From: a virus
Lineage: Duplodnaviria; Caudoviricetes
Virus record (IMG/VR): IMGVR_UViG_2875882051_000001
Location: 21,268 to 85,267 of that record
DNA: 64,000 nt
Direction: 5' to 3' (one strand)
Shown here: positions 37,142 through 47,603 of the stretch, in pieces
How the letters are laid out: the number at the start of each line of letters is the position of its first letter
How positions within the stretch are numbered: position 1 is the first letter of the stretch
Notes under the pieces: model-generated
Told to the model about the DNA's origin: nothing
Databases searched by the model: none
The model's input: only the letters and a program-made list of their open reading frames with translations
Position numbers and translations under genes: made by a program

Positions 37142-39203
37142 AACTTATCCTCTCCTCATCATCTAAAGCAGACATTACCATGGCTTTGAAATCTTCAAAT
37201 TGTTGCTTTAATAAACTTAATGTTTGTGCATCTACATTTCCTGATATTTGAGGTGCAAATATAAATGTTGGAGAATCACCGCTTTTATTTCCTTCATATC
37301 CAATAGCAGATGCTGTTTTTTCTAATAAAGAAATACTTCTAGGATTATTTCGCTTAAGTGGTATAGCTGCTTCTGGACCAGCCTCTCCAAAAATAGAGGG
37401 AACATTTGTAAATCCCCCATATTTAAACTGTGGAATAGTTGGTATATTAATTCCAAAGTGCTGACCACCAAATTCTGGTACCCAATCAGGAATATCTAAA
37501 CTTATTGAATTTATTCCTCCAATAACAGCATTAATCATTCCAATAATTGCATTAAGCGGTGCTGTCATATATGTTTCGATACCACCTACTATTCCTGAAA
37601 ATATCTCAACAATACCTTGCCATGCCAATCCCCAATTTCCTGCAAATACACCACTAATAAAGTCTGTAATGCCTTGAAATACTAATTTAATAGCATCCCA
37701 ATACCCTCCAATAATAAAGAAAAAACTATTTAAAATTGATCCTAGTGCACCAAATGTGGTGGTCCAATCTGTAGCCATTGCAGTAGTAATCCAAAGATCA
37801 AATGCTTGTATTCCTGCTTGTATATTGGTCCACATATTTATAAAGAAGTTTCTAAACCCCTCACAATTATTCCATAGCCAAACAATTCCTGCTACTAAAG
37901 CAGCAATTCCAATAATAACCAAAGCTATAGGATTTGCACTCATTGCTGCATTTAATGCCCATTGTGCCGCCGTCTGTGCTCCAGTTGCTACTGTAGAAAT
38001 TCCCTTTACCACTGCATCTTTAGCATAAAGAGCTTGTAAATATCCTGTTGTTGCTAAATCTTTTAATTTTACCGCACTTAATGCTAAGTATCCTGACTTT
38101 AATAACATTAATGAACTATATACTCCATGTATAGCTTGAATACCAGATGATATCCCAGATATAGCTCTCCATACTAGAAATGCTTTGCCAATAAAGCTTG
38201 CTATTTGTAATATTTGTGGCCCATTATCTTGAATATAACTAAATAGATTACTAACTTTAGGGGTTATATAATCAATTCCATTTATGATATTCTGAACGAA
38301 TCCAGTAAATTTATCTGCTATTGAATCAATAGTACCATCTGATTGCATTTGTGTTAATTTATCAGCTAATGACGAAACCTTTTGTTTTACTAAATCAAAC
38401 GCTGAACCGTCTATAATGTCTCCTTTTGAAGATATTCCAGCTATCTGAGCAAGTCCGTTTTTAGTAACTCCTGTTATTGTTGACATTAATCCATTAAAAC
38501 TTTTGGATTGAATATCCATTGAGCCTGCATATCTTTCCTTCATAAGAGAAAACATTGAAGCATTAAAGGCTTTTTGATTTGTAATTTGACCTTTATTGTT
38601 AACAAGTTCTATACCTGCTAATGTCTTTGCACCTTGTGCAACAATCATATCTTTTGTAATACCAAATTCTTTTAATCTTTCCAACTCTCCAGTTTGTGCA
38701 TCAGCCACAGCTTCCACAGCTTGGTCAATTGATTTTCCCATTGCTGCTGCCATATCACCAGTAAGTGGAAGTACTTTTTTTGCCTCAAGTCCATAAGATG
38801 TCAATTTAACAGTAGCATCAACTATTTCTCCAGTTTCAAATGGAGTTTTATTTGCATAGTCATTCGCCCACGCAAATGTTTCTGCTGCTTTTGTATTATC
38901 TTTCATAACAACATTTAAAGTATTTCTATACTGCTCTAAACTTGCTGCTTGGCTTAACATTGATTTGCCAACCATAGCTCCTGATGTTGCAATTGTACCT
39001 GTTACTAATGCTGCTTTAATTTTCCCTGAAATACCCTGCACCTGAGTACCTGCATTTTGTGCAAGTGCTATGCTTCTTGAATTTACTTGGGATATAGAGC
39101 TTGATGCTCTGCTAGCAAATTGGGCTACACTTGCAAATGCTTTCTGAAGACTTGGATTTAATTTCCCCCCAATAGCGATACTTGTTTGTAATATCTTTGA
39201 CAT
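37122..39203 (-). CDS. Tape measure protein
   Basis: TPFETGEI, ANPIALVIIGIAAL repeats; follows the tail chaperone. Confidence 0.92.
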   Translation of the reverse strand: MSKILQTSIAIGGKLNPSLQKAFASVAQFASRASSSISQVNSRSIALAQNAGTQVQGISGKIKAALVTGTIATSGAMVGKSMLSQAASLEQYRNTLNVVMKDNTKAAETFAWANDYANKTPFETGEIVDATVKLTSYGLEAKKVLPLTGDMAAAMGKSIDQAVEAVADAQTGELERLKEFGITKDMIVAQGAKTLAGIELVNNKGQITNQKAFNASMFSLMKERYAGSMDIQSKSFNGLMSTITGVTKNGLAQIAGISSKGDIIDGSAFDLVKQKVSSLADKLTQMQSDGTIDSIADKFTGFVQNIINGIDYITPKVSNLFSYIQDNGPQILQIASFIGKAFLVWRAISGISSGIQAIHGVYSSLMLLKSGYLALSAVKLKDLATTGYLQALYAKDAVVKGISTVATGAQTAAQWALNAAMSANPIALVIIGIAALVAGIVWLWNNCEGFRNFFINMWTNIQAGIQAFDLWITTAMATDWTTTFGALGSILNSFFFIIGGYWDAIKLVFQGITDFISGVFAGNWGLAWQGIVEIFSGIVGGIETYMTAPLNAIIGMINAVIGGINSISLDIPDWVPEFGGQHFGINIPTIPQFKYGGFTNVPSIFGEAGPEAAIPLKRNNPRSISLLEKTASAIGYEGNKSGDSPTFIFAPQISGNVDAQTLSLLKQQFEDFKAMVMSALDDEERISFGETVL

Positions 39204-39207
39204 AGTA

Positions 39208-39414
39208 TCACCTCTTCTCTTTATTCATTAACTTCTTATATTCTGAATTTCTTCTATCTGCTTCATCTACTAAAGCGTCATAATATTCAAATAAATTAAG
39301 CAAACTCATTTCATAACAATCTTTTCTGGAATTTGAAGTCTCAAGAGTTATTTGGGCTACTATTTCTTTTAACTGTTTTCTTCTTGGTCTCCAACCAAGC
39401 CTTGCATAAAAAAA
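39208..39414 (-). other. -1 programmed frameshift extension of the tail assembly chaperone (slippery T-TTT-TTT at 39408-39414)
   Basis: The -1 frame stays open to TGA at 39208, just before the tape measure start; P2 gpE/E' and lambda G/GT paradigm. Confidence 0.75.
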
Positions 39415-39989
39415 TCCCTAGCACATGATGCCGCCTTTGCATAATCTGCTAGCGATAGCCTTTTTATATCTATATATTCCATATTGGCTGATTCAGCAAA
39501 CATTCTAGCACCTATAATAGGATCTAATTCATAGCTAGATGAAACAACATATTTACTTCTTGTTGCTTCATTAAAAACTTTTTCTATGCTGTTTCCACTT
39601 AAGTTATCAAAGTCGTAATTGATTTCTTTAATTTCTTCTCCTTTAACTAATATCGGCTTGCTTAATATTAATGCATTTTCTTTTTCACTCTCCTCATCTG
39701 ATAGTTTTTTAAAGAAATATTCTCTTCCAAGTGATGCAGCTTTAGAATAATCAGCTAATCCAAATCTTTGTACATCCATGTATGCATTATTACTAGCCTC
39801 TGCAAACATCATAGCTCCTATGACTGGATCTAATTCATAATTTGCTGAAATTATATGTCCACTCTTTATTGCTTCCTTAAATGCTTCTTCAAGATTCTCT
39901 CCAATTAAACTTTCAAAATCATAAGAAATTTCTTTAGCTTCTTCTCCGTCTATCATTATTGGTTTTTTCAATATTAATTTATTTTCCAT
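39369..39989 (-). CDS. Tail assembly chaperone with internally duplicated domain
   Basis: Two ~95-aa repeats (L.KPI...YDF...YELDP.IGA.MFAE...LADY.KAAS). Confidence 0.8.
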   Translation of the reverse strand: MENKLILKKPIMIDGEEAKEISYDFESLIGENLEEAFKEAIKSGHIISANYELDPVIGAMMFAEASNNAYMDVQRFGLADYSKAASLGREYFFKKLSDEESEKENALILSKPILVKGEEIKEINYDFDNLSGNSIEKVFNEATRSKYVVSSSYELDPIIGARMFAESANMEYIDIKRLSLADYAKAASCARDFFMQGLVGDQEENS

Positions 39990-40058
39990 GATTGTTTTCC
40001 TCCCAAATTAATAAGCTAGGATAATTTAATAATCCTAGCTTGATTTCTATTCTATTTA

Positions 40059-40577
40059 TTAAAGGTTTGAAGATACGCTCTCCAATAAATTCACACCATT
40101 AATTGCATATATACCATTTAACTTATCCACATTTAATATCTCATTTCCATTAATAATTCTCTTGTATGCTAATACTTCATATGTTACTTTACCATCTTGT
40201 GCGGCTCCTGATTCAAGTTTTCCTTCTTCATGCTTCTTTGGTATTACTTTTAGGAATGCTTTGTGAGAAACAGTAGATACTTTTCCTGTTGAAGGATCAA
40301 GAACGTCTGTTACCCATCTATATTCAAGCTCATTAGCTGAAACTAGAGTGCCATATTTTTCATTACTAACTCTAATAGCAATTTCTGTTTCCATTGAACC
40401 TATTTGCCCAAGTGTTGGAACATCTATTTCACCAGATATTCCAGAACCTTTTATAGTATCTGTAAGCATCTCTATACTTGGAAGTGTTACTGATGTTGTA
40501 TCTCCCATTTTAGTAGCTTTTCCATTGTCTCTTACATAAACACTATAGTCTATTACTTTATTTGATACTCCATCCAT
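40059..40577 (-). CDS. Tail tube protein (P2 FII-like)
   Basis: VTLPSIE, GSGISGEIDVP, IDKLN-like motif. Confidence 0.88.
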   Translation of the reverse strand: MDGVSNKVIDYSVYVRDNGKATKMGDTTSVTLPSIEMLTDTIKGSGISGEIDVPTLGQIGSMETEIAIRVSNEKYGTLVSANELEYRWVTDVLDPSTGKVSTVSHKAFLKVIPKKHEEGKLESGAAQDGKVTYEVLAYKRIINGNEILNVDKLNGIYAINGVNLLESVSSNL

Positions 40578-42016
40578 TATTCTTCTTCACCTCCATATAA
40601 GTTATCTATTCCAGCTGATGTATACTGAACTTTGTTAGTAATCGACTTAGCTAGTGGTGTATTCGTAACTAATGTATTAAATGCAAAATCACCATTGATT
40701 ATATCTGATGTTGCATTATTCTCCCTATTAAAAACTATTTTCCCTAATAGCATCTTTCCACCACTTACTAATGCATCTAATCTCATTTGTTCTGAATTTA
40801 CAAGAGCATCAATTTCATTTCTTGTCATTGCCTGATCTATTAAGTCCCCATTTCTAGATTGAAAATCATTTAATAAGTATTTATTTACCATTATGTTTAC
40901 GTCAAAAATCTCATCTGGCTTATCTGTAACTCCAAATTCATAATTAGCCATATGTGGACCCCATAAAACATACTTACCACCAGAATATATTGCTGTAGTG
41001 ATTCCTTTTTCATTAAGTTCATTCGCTCTTGACTGACTTATTTTTATTTTATTTCCATTTACAATTAAACCACTTATATCAATTTGCTTATTTGATGGAC
41101 TCTCACATGGAATATTATCATTTTTAACATCAGTTTGTAACTTAGCAACAATAGCACAAATTGATAGCCACATTTCCTTTCCCGCAATAACTCCTTTAGG
41201 CCAACATACTTTTTCAGAATTTGAATTATAATTGTTGTTTTTCTTCCACTCAATAGCTTTCTCTATTGTATTAGTAGCTGAACTGCAATCTAAGTCTGTA
41301 AAACATATTGCTTCCCACTTATCAGATATTTTACTTGTTATAGCTACAAGTGCTTGTTCAACCTTTGGAATATGATTAAAACCTGGAGCACTTGTGATAG
41401 ATGGAATTAAATTTAATTCTTCATATACATCTGCTATAGCTTTTATTCCTGTTCTTTCATCACTTTCGGCAATATAACTTCCTACAATATCTGTATCTGT
41501 TACTTTGCTCGGATCAATTTTTCTACATGAAACTGTTATTGTATCACCAAGACCATCTGTTGAAACATCTGTTATCTTTAAATATCCTTCATTTGTATAA
41601 TCTAATTTATAATCAACACCTTCATGCTTATCAGCTATAGCTATTGAATCAATGCAAACATGTTCTTTTATTAATCCAACTTTATTAATAATTTGAACCG
41701 TTTCTGTTATAGCTTCACCATGTTTTGATGGATCTAATGTATTAATAATTACAATCGGTCCAATTGGTTTTATTTTATTTTGAAAATGTGCATATATTGC
41801 AGCTGAAAGTGTAAATTCTTTATAATCATCATCTTCTTTGTAACCAGTTTTAATTTCAGCTTCTTGTAAGCTTCTGATTAACTGAGGTTTATTAATAATT
41901 GCATCTCTTACTCTATGAATTGGAGCTGTTCCAATATAGATGGGTACATTCTTACAATTTGTTATTGTTTCCGTGCTGGCTACTATTTCGCCATATATAC
42001 CATGTTTATATCCCAT
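40577..42016 (-). CDS. Tail sheath protein
   Basis: YKHGIY, APGF, ESPSNK, LWGP. Confidence 0.9.
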   Translation of the reverse strand: MGYKHGIYGEIVASTETITNCKNVPIYIGTAPIHRVRDAIINKPQLIRSLQEAEIKTGYKEDDDYKEFTLSAAIYAHFQNKIKPIGPIVIINTLDPSKHGEAITETVQIINKVGLIKEHVCIDSIAIADKHEGVDYKLDYTNEGYLKITDVSTDGLGDTITVSCRKIDPSKVTDTDIVGSYIAESDERTGIKAIADVYEELNLIPSITSAPGFNHIPKVEQALVAITSKISDKWEAICFTDLDCSSATNTIEKAIEWKKNNNYNSNSEKVCWPKGVIAGKEMWLSICAIVAKLQTDVKNDNIPCESPSNKQIDISGLIVNGNKIKISQSRANELNEKGITTAIYSGGKYVLWGPHMANYEFGVTDKPDEIFDVNIMVNKYLLNDFQSRNGDLIDQAMTRNEIDALVNSEQMRLDALVSGGKMLLGKIVFNRENNATSDIINGDFAFNTLVTNTPLAKSITNKVQYTSAGIDNLYGGEEE

Positions 42017-42028
42017 TTTTTCATCTCC

Positions 42029-42553
42029 TTATAAGAAATCATCTTTTATATTAAATGGTAATGAAGCTATAGAAACAGTAAAGCTTATATTAGCTGTCCA
42101 ATATGGATAACTTTGTTGACTGTCCATGCTCCATTTAATGGGTTTGTTTATATTAACTTTTTCTAGAATAATTGGATTTTTAGCAAACTCCAATCTTATT
42201 TTTGTTATTAGATTTAGTAAATCCATATAACCTTTTCCATTTAAATTAACTATTCCATCCTCTTGTGTTTCTCCTGGATCAAAAGTAACGATTTTAAGGC
42301 GCATACTAAGATTTGAGTCACTATTATCATCCACTCCTTCATCAATCATTACTACAATAGATGGTATAGAATACTCATATTCGTTTAAACTTCCTAATGG
42401 CATCCAACCTTTATATACTGAAGGATTGACCAATTCATAACTTCCACACTTATTAATGGCCCCTTTTTCAGGTGGTTTTTCTAATTTAATCTCGTTAGCA
42501 ATATTATTTTTTATAAATATAGATAATCCATTTAGCACTTCAATATCCGTCAT
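42029..42553 (-). CDS. Tail completion/terminator-like protein
   Basis: Position; SYPYW motif. Confidence 0.6.
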   Translation of the reverse strand: MTDIEVLNGLSIFIKNNIANEIKLEKPPEKGAINKCGSYELVNPSVYKGWMPLGSLNEYEYSIPSIVVMIDEGVDDNSDSNLSMRLKIVTFDPGETQEDGIVNLNGKGYMDLLNLITKIRLEFAKNPIILEKVNINKPIKWSMDSQQSYPYWTANISFTVSIASLPFNIKDDFL

Positions 42554-42562
42554 ATACCTCTC

Positions 42563-43135
42563 CTACTTTGATAATTTATCTAGTCTGTATTCAACTTCGT
42601 GTCCAATTCTCTTTTGCAATTGCTCTCCAGCATTTTTCATAACTTTTTCGCTTATTTCTGTATTACTTATCATTTGAGGTATTGATAATGTTCTTAATAC
42701 TTCAATTGGATATGATTTTGAAGTTTTTCTTTTAACTATATGCAGATTTCCACCAAGTGAAGCTACAAAAGCACCTGGTGTAGTATTTACTTGTTTATAC
42801 CCTGATCTCTTTACTTTTACTTTAACAGGTGCTTTTCCAGCCCACCCTGATTTTAAATTTGATGGAAAATGGCTTAATGTTAAGACTTGTCCTCTAGAAT
42901 CAATTATTGCTGATAAACTACCATTACTTGCTTTTCTTATCTTAAAAGTTTTAGCTACTTCTCCAGACTTTATTGAATATTTACTTGTAACTTCTTTTTT
43001 TATAGCCTTAGTTACAGATGTTATTGTTCTATTTAGTGCAGCTGATGTTGCTTTTGGAATTTCCTTTGGAAAACCGCTTAATTTTGCAACTGCTTTTTTT
43101 AATTCCTTATCATCAATTCTAATATTTACAGACAT
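42563..43135 (-). CDS. Neck/minor tail protein (lambda gpZ-like)
   Basis: AALNRT, YPIEVLRTLSIPQM. Confidence 0.75.
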   Translation of the reverse strand: MSVNIRIDDKELKKAVAKLSGFPKEIPKATSAALNRTITSVTKAIKKEVTSKYSIKSGEVAKTFKIRKASNGSLSAIIDSRGQVLTLSHFPSNLKSGWAGKAPVKVKVKRSGYKQVNTTPGAFVASLGGNLHIVKRKTSKSYPIEVLRTLSIPQMISNTEISEKVMKNAGEQLQKRIGHEVEYRLDKLSK

Positions 43136-43446
43136 TAATTTTTACTTGCTTGAAGTATTACTTCATATACTCCTTCATCAAGTTTCGCATCAAAAATAAT
43201 ATAAGGAATTCCATCAAACATCTGTACACTTTCAGGTATAGGCTCTTTTAATAAATCCTCTTTTTTTGCAAAGTATAATATTTCAGCTTGAACAATCCCA
43301 TCATATTCTTTTCTATTTCTATCTTTTAATGTTTCATTATCAACTATGATATTAACAATTTTATTATCAATAATGTGATCTTCTCCATATTCGTCAGGAT
43401 TAAAAATTATATTTAAATCTTTTTGGATCTGCTCCTTAAAATTCAT
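43135..43446 (-). CDS. Head closure protein
   Basis: FNPDEYGEDH; position. Confidence 0.65.
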   Translation of the reverse strand: MNFKEQIQKDLNIIFNPDEYGEDHIIDNKIVNIIVDNETLKDRNRKEYDGIVQAEILYFAKKEDLLKEPIPESVQMFDGIPYIIFDAKLDEGVYEVILQASKN

Positions 43447-43460
43447 ATTTTATACCAAAC

Positions 43461-43814
43461 TTATGCTGATATTGTAACAGCATCTAATATTTTAACCATT
43501 ACAGTTCCATCTGTATTTGCTGCTTTTGATGATAATGCAAACCCTGCTATAGTTGTAAGAATTCCTTTATCACTTGTTACTAGATCATTTGTTGTGTCGT
43601 AATAAACTATGCTCCCAACTTTAATCTCTGGCGCTTTCGCTGCATTAAACTCAAACACACCATTAGTTCTTAACCCACCAGTTGCTCCAATCTTAATGTC
43701 TTCTGCTGCAACACAAACATGATTTCCTAGTACCACTACTTGCCCATATGCAATATCTTTATCAGTAGCATTTGGAAAATCAATTATATCTCCCTTTTGT
43801 ATAAAATTAGCCAT
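43461..43814 (-). CDS. DUF2190/capsid cement-like protein
   Basis: FIQKGDIID, GQVVVLG, GVFEF. Confidence 0.8.
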   Translation of the reverse strand: MANFIQKGDIIDFPNATDKDIAYGQVVVLGNHVCVAAEDIKIGATGGLRTNGVFEFNAAKAPEIKVGSIVYYDTTNDLVTSDKGILTTIAGFALSSKAANTDGTVMVKILDAVTISA

Positions 43815-43843
43815 ATTTTAATACCTCCTAATTTTCAATTAAG

Positions 43844-43860
43844 GTGTTCATAACGAACAC
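43844..43860. repeat. GTGTTC-N5-GAACAC palindrome, copy 1 of 4 (others 52407-52423, 53476-53492, 62719-62735)
   Basis: Seen directly. Confidence 0.8.
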
Positions 43861-43988
43861 CCTTATTTTTATAAGAACAAAGTGGCTGCGCCACGCTCTT
43901 TCTTGATACCACTTTTTACAAGCCAATATCCTTATAACCATTGGTATCACTGACTTTCAAAATCAAAAAATTCTATACTTTCCTAGAC

Positions 43989-44017
43989 AATAAAAAAGAC
44001 TTAAACTACTAAGCCCC
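43989..44017 (-). terminator. Intrinsic terminator after the major capsid gene
   Basis: GGCTTAG-TAGT-TTAAGTC followed by TTTTTT. Confidence 0.55.
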
Positions 44018-45919
44018 TGCATTCATTCCAAGTCCTCTGTAATCAAGAACTGTTACTCCATAATCGATATAAATTCTATACTCAATACCTAAGAAATCGA
44101 AGCCTAGTCTAGATTCCAATTTTGGCATATCATCGCCATTAAGATAAGTAACTTCAATCGTATCTATATCAGCTGGATTTGCTGCAACATAGTAAGGCAA
44201 TGCTCCACTAGTTGGATCTAATTCTGCATCAACGACTAAGTCAAATGAGTTTCTCCATATATTACTTACTCCAGCATTATCTTGACCTGGTAATGCTGTT
44301 GAATTTAAGAATTTCATTGCTGTTGTTTCAAGCCCAGCTGGAACTAGTAAAAACTGTGGTGAAATGTTTAATGTTTCCTTACCTCTTAAGTTCTTTTGCT
44401 TTCTCATATTTGTTCTTAGTTGTGACAATGTTGCATCTGACATAGTTCCAGCAGTTCCAATGTTGTTATGCGCAGCATGGAATAACTCTTTTCCATCATA
44501 GATCTTAACATTCTCTTTTAAATTCTTATAAACAAGTTTATTAACTCCTCTATCTGCTGCTCTTACATATGCTGCTGGAATCTTAGTTAGTACATCTATA
44601 TCATCATTGATAAGAGCCTGCCTAGTTATACCAAAAGTTCTACCAAATGTCGCAATAGATTTTTTAACTCCTTGATCTTTCATTTCATCAAACTTAAATT
44701 CACCAGATTGAGTCATTTTTTCAAGTTCCCCAGCTTCGCTTATTTGGTATACTGTTGCGTCCTTAAAATCTGTATTACTTCCTATTCCTGTCCACGCTCT
44801 ATAGGTCGTATTTGCCACCTTATAAGCTGTAGCCATTGATTTATTAACCGAGCTATCTAATATCGCTGCAAATTGGCTATCTGGACTTAGTGCTCTTTTA
44901 AACAGCTCTTCATTACTTAATCTTTGAGCATTAGTAACTCCACCTCTTTGCAAACATTCTATAGCTAAATCTCTAAGCCTCATCCCCCTTAAATCTCTAG
45001 CACCTTCTGCTATATTTTGAACTTTAATTCCACCTCTAAGTTGAATTGAATCAACTGCCGCACTTCTAAACTTATCCATTTCATCTTTTGTAACTGAAAT
45101 ATCTGATGAACCACTGGAAAGTGGTTTTCTTTGAGCTCTAAGTTGCTCTAAAATTTGAGCTCTAACTTCCTCTATAGTGTTTCCGCTACTAATATAACTT
45201 GATGAATCAACCTCAAATTCTCTACAAATAGTTGTTATATCTGATACTCTTTGTCTTTCTGCCTGTACAGCCGCTTGTCTTTCCGCATTAACATCTATTG
45301 CATCTGTAGTATTCATTGTACTATTAATTGGATTTGGCATATATCTTTCATCTCCCTCATTATTTTCTTTTTCGTTTTCTATAGATCTATCAACGCCAAC
45401 TGAATCATCAGCTGGAACTGAAACAATTGAAACTTCATAAGGTGTCCATGAAGTTGCTACTTCACACGGTCCCATAAATCTACCATTTGAAGATTGCGCG
45501 CCTGCCTTAACTTCTTCCCAGCAATCGACACCATATCCAACTGATACACCTTTTAATGTTTTATTTTTTACTTTCTGAAAAATTCTCTCTGATTCTTCGT
45601 CTTCGTCAAATACTATGTCACAATAACATCTCTTTTCACTATCATCACATCTTGCATTCTCAATTTTTCCTATTACTACATTTCTATCATGATTCCATAG
45701 TGCAACACCGATATTATTTAATCTATCCATATTACAGCATCCTGCATCATGACATAAAATTTCTTGTCCATACCATCTCTGTACAGCCTGTTCACTTGAA
45801 AAAGAAACTGTTATACGTCTTTCCTCTTCATTAATTTCTCTAACAGCTAAATCAATTGTTCTTTTCTGGTGAACTCCCTGTTTGGGCTTCGTCTTTTTTG
45901 CTAACGGCACTATTTCCAC
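44009..45919 (-). CDS. Prohead protease-major capsid fusion protein
   Basis: LWNHD, SVGY, EVSIVSVPAD protease motifs, then lambda/Gifsy-type capsid (TFGRTFGITRQALINDD). Confidence 0.9.
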   Translation of the reverse strand: MEIVPLAKKTKPKQGVHQKRTIDLAVREINEEERRITVSFSSEQAVQRWYGQEILCHDAGCCNMDRLNNIGVALWNHDRNVVIGKIENARCDDSEKRCYCDIVFDEDEESERIFQKVKNKTLKGVSVGYGVDCWEEVKAGAQSSNGRFMGPCEVATSWTPYEVSIVSVPADDSVGVDRSIENEKENNEGDERYMPNPINSTMNTTDAIDVNAERQAAVQAERQRVSDITTICREFEVDSSSYISSGNTIEEVRAQILEQLRAQRKPLSSGSSDISVTKDEMDKFRSAAVDSIQLRGGIKVQNIAEGARDLRGMRLRDLAIECLQRGGVTNAQRLSNEELFKRALSPDSQFAAILDSSVNKSMATAYKVANTTYRAWTGIGSNTDFKDATVYQISEAGELEKMTQSGEFKFDEMKDQGVKKSIATFGRTFGITRQALINDDIDVLTKIPAAYVRAADRGVNKLVYKNLKENVKIYDGKELFHAAHNNIGTAGTMSDATLSQLRTNMRKQKNLRGKETLNISPQFLLVPAGLETTAMKFLNSTALPGQDNAGVSNIWRNSFDLVVDAELDPTSGALPYYVAANPADIDTIEVTYLNGDDMPKLESRLGFDFLGIEYRIYIDYGVTVLDYRGLGMNAGA

Positions 45920-47381
45920 CTCCTAAATTAATCCCTAGATCTTTAGCAAATTCCAATTCCTTTGCTCTTTGCTTTAATACTTCTTTCCAATCAAGTCCTC
46001 TAGCTCCACAAATATTAGCTAATGTATCCATTCCTTCTGCAATTGCAGCTTTATTTGCATTAACTTCTTTAAGCGGATCTATCCAACTCCACCCTGAAGT
46101 AATCCATTCATGCCTTAAGTATTTTCTCTTATTTGCCCAAAAATCTTTTATATCAAGTGTTCCAGAAAGAACTGCCGATATAATAAATTCTGAATATACT
46201 TCATCACATAAATTATCCTTAATATAATCTTGCCAAGCTGAATATGTTCTTTGATCTTCTAGCAAGCCTTGCCTTGCACTTGAATAATTTACTTGCGACA
46301 TATCCCTTGATGTCGTTTCATAACTTAGCCCTTGCCCAGAACCCGCAAGCCTTTGTTGAGTCATTATAAAATCTTTCGCATTACTAGATTGTCCACTTGG
46401 ATTTACCGCCGAAACAGATTCTCCCGGTTGAAGTTCGTGTATCATACCTGGAGATATAGTTTTCATTTGATATCCACTTTGTTTGTCCATGGAATTTCCT
46501 CTTCCAATTCCTCCTGGATTCTGTTTTGTTATAAACACTGAAAGACATGCCAATATTCTTTCTTTAACAGATATTGCTTCAACAAATTCATTAACTTCTT
46601 TTATTCTTGGCATTGTCTTAGCTAATGGGGATATTTCTCTTATCTGTGTAGGTCTTGTTTTCTTCCATAAAAATATTACCCTTTGTGCATCAACTCGCTC
46701 ACTCTGTCCTGTGTAAAATCCATCAGGAGAATATGTTTTTAAATAATAAGCGACTGGCTTATTATATTCATTTAATTCAATGCCTCCAACTATTCTATTC
46801 CCTTTGTTCCTCAAACTCGGTAGTGTATTTCTACTAGTATCCAAGTCATCAACTTCTCTTGCTTGCAATGAAAAAGGAACTATTCCATCTTTGGTGTATG
46901 TTTTAATAAAAATTATTCCACCGTCTATGATCAGTCTTCTCATAGCCATAGTCTGCATTTCACTAAAACTCTGCTGCCCTGTAACGTCACAATTACGTGC
47001 TTTACACCATTCTTTCCATAGTTCCTCTATACTTTTATTTAATTTTTCATCTTCATTATCTTCATCTTTTAAAATTTTAGCTTGAAGATTAATTCCTGTA
47101 CCTATCACATTACGTTCAAATGAACCAACAATCGCTTCACTTATATCACTATTTCTTTCAAGATCCCTAGCTCTAGCTCTTATGATATCTCTTTGAGCTC
47201 TATCTGCTTGCTCTGCACTTGCATTTGTAGCATTCCAGTTTGAATTAAGTCTATCCCTCCCACCTGAATCATAGAAACTTCTTAATGATTGTCTCCATGT
47301 GGCTCTTTCGTATGCTCGCTTTGGTGAAATAACTCCTATAGCTTTATCTAATAAATTCACAATCTTTTCACCCCCTTTCAA
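45852..47381 (-). CDS. Portal protein, lambda family
   Basis: RARDLERN, GIELNEYNKPVAY, NYSSARQ, WIDPLKE. Confidence 0.93.
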   Translation of the reverse strand: MKGGEKIVNLLDKAIGVISPKRAYERATWRQSLRSFYDSGGRDRLNSNWNATNASAEQADRAQRDIIRARARDLERNSDISEAIVGSFERNVIGTGINLQAKILKDEDNEDEKLNKSIEELWKEWCKARNCDVTGQQSFSEMQTMAMRRLIIDGGIIFIKTYTKDGIVPFSLQAREVDDLDTSRNTLPSLRNKGNRIVGGIELNEYNKPVAYYLKTYSPDGFYTGQSERVDAQRVIFLWKKTRPTQIREISPLAKTMPRIKEVNEFVEAISVKERILACLSVFITKQNPGGIGRGNSMDKQSGYQMKTISPGMIHELQPGESVSAVNPSGQSSNAKDFIMTQQRLAGSGQGLSYETTSRDMSQVNYSSARQGLLEDQRTYSAWQDYIKDNLCDEVYSEFIISAVLSGTLDIKDFWANKRKYLRHEWITSGWSWIDPLKEVNANKAAIAEGMDTLANICGARGLDWKEVLKQRAKELEFAKDLGINLGGGNSAVSKKDEAQTGSSPEKNN

Positions 47382-47390
47382 TTAACAATT

Positions 47391-47603
47391 CTATCTTCTA
47401 TCAAATCTAGCTACATATACGCCACCATTGTTTCTTTCATTTTCCAATTGATTATTTAGCCTCAATCTTTCTGAATATAATGTACTTAAACTTGCTTTAG
47501 TAATACGTCTAGATCCTATCTGATATTCTTGAGCTCCATTTTCAATGCTACTAATAGCTTCATTCAATTGTTCCAATTGCTCTTCTGTTGTCACTTTAAC
47601 CAA
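47391..47603 (-). CDS. gpW-like head-tail joining protein
   Basis: GAQEYQIGSRRITKA. Confidence 0.8.
   Translation of the reverse strand: MVKVTTEEQLEQLNEAISSIENGAQEYQIGSRRITKASLSTLYSERLRLNNQLENERNNGGVYVARFDRR

Noticed and set aside
43979-44009. Resemblance of CTTTCCTAGAC...TAAACT to the Firmicute dif site
   Set aside because: The right arm does not match, and the sequence is explained by the capsid terminator.
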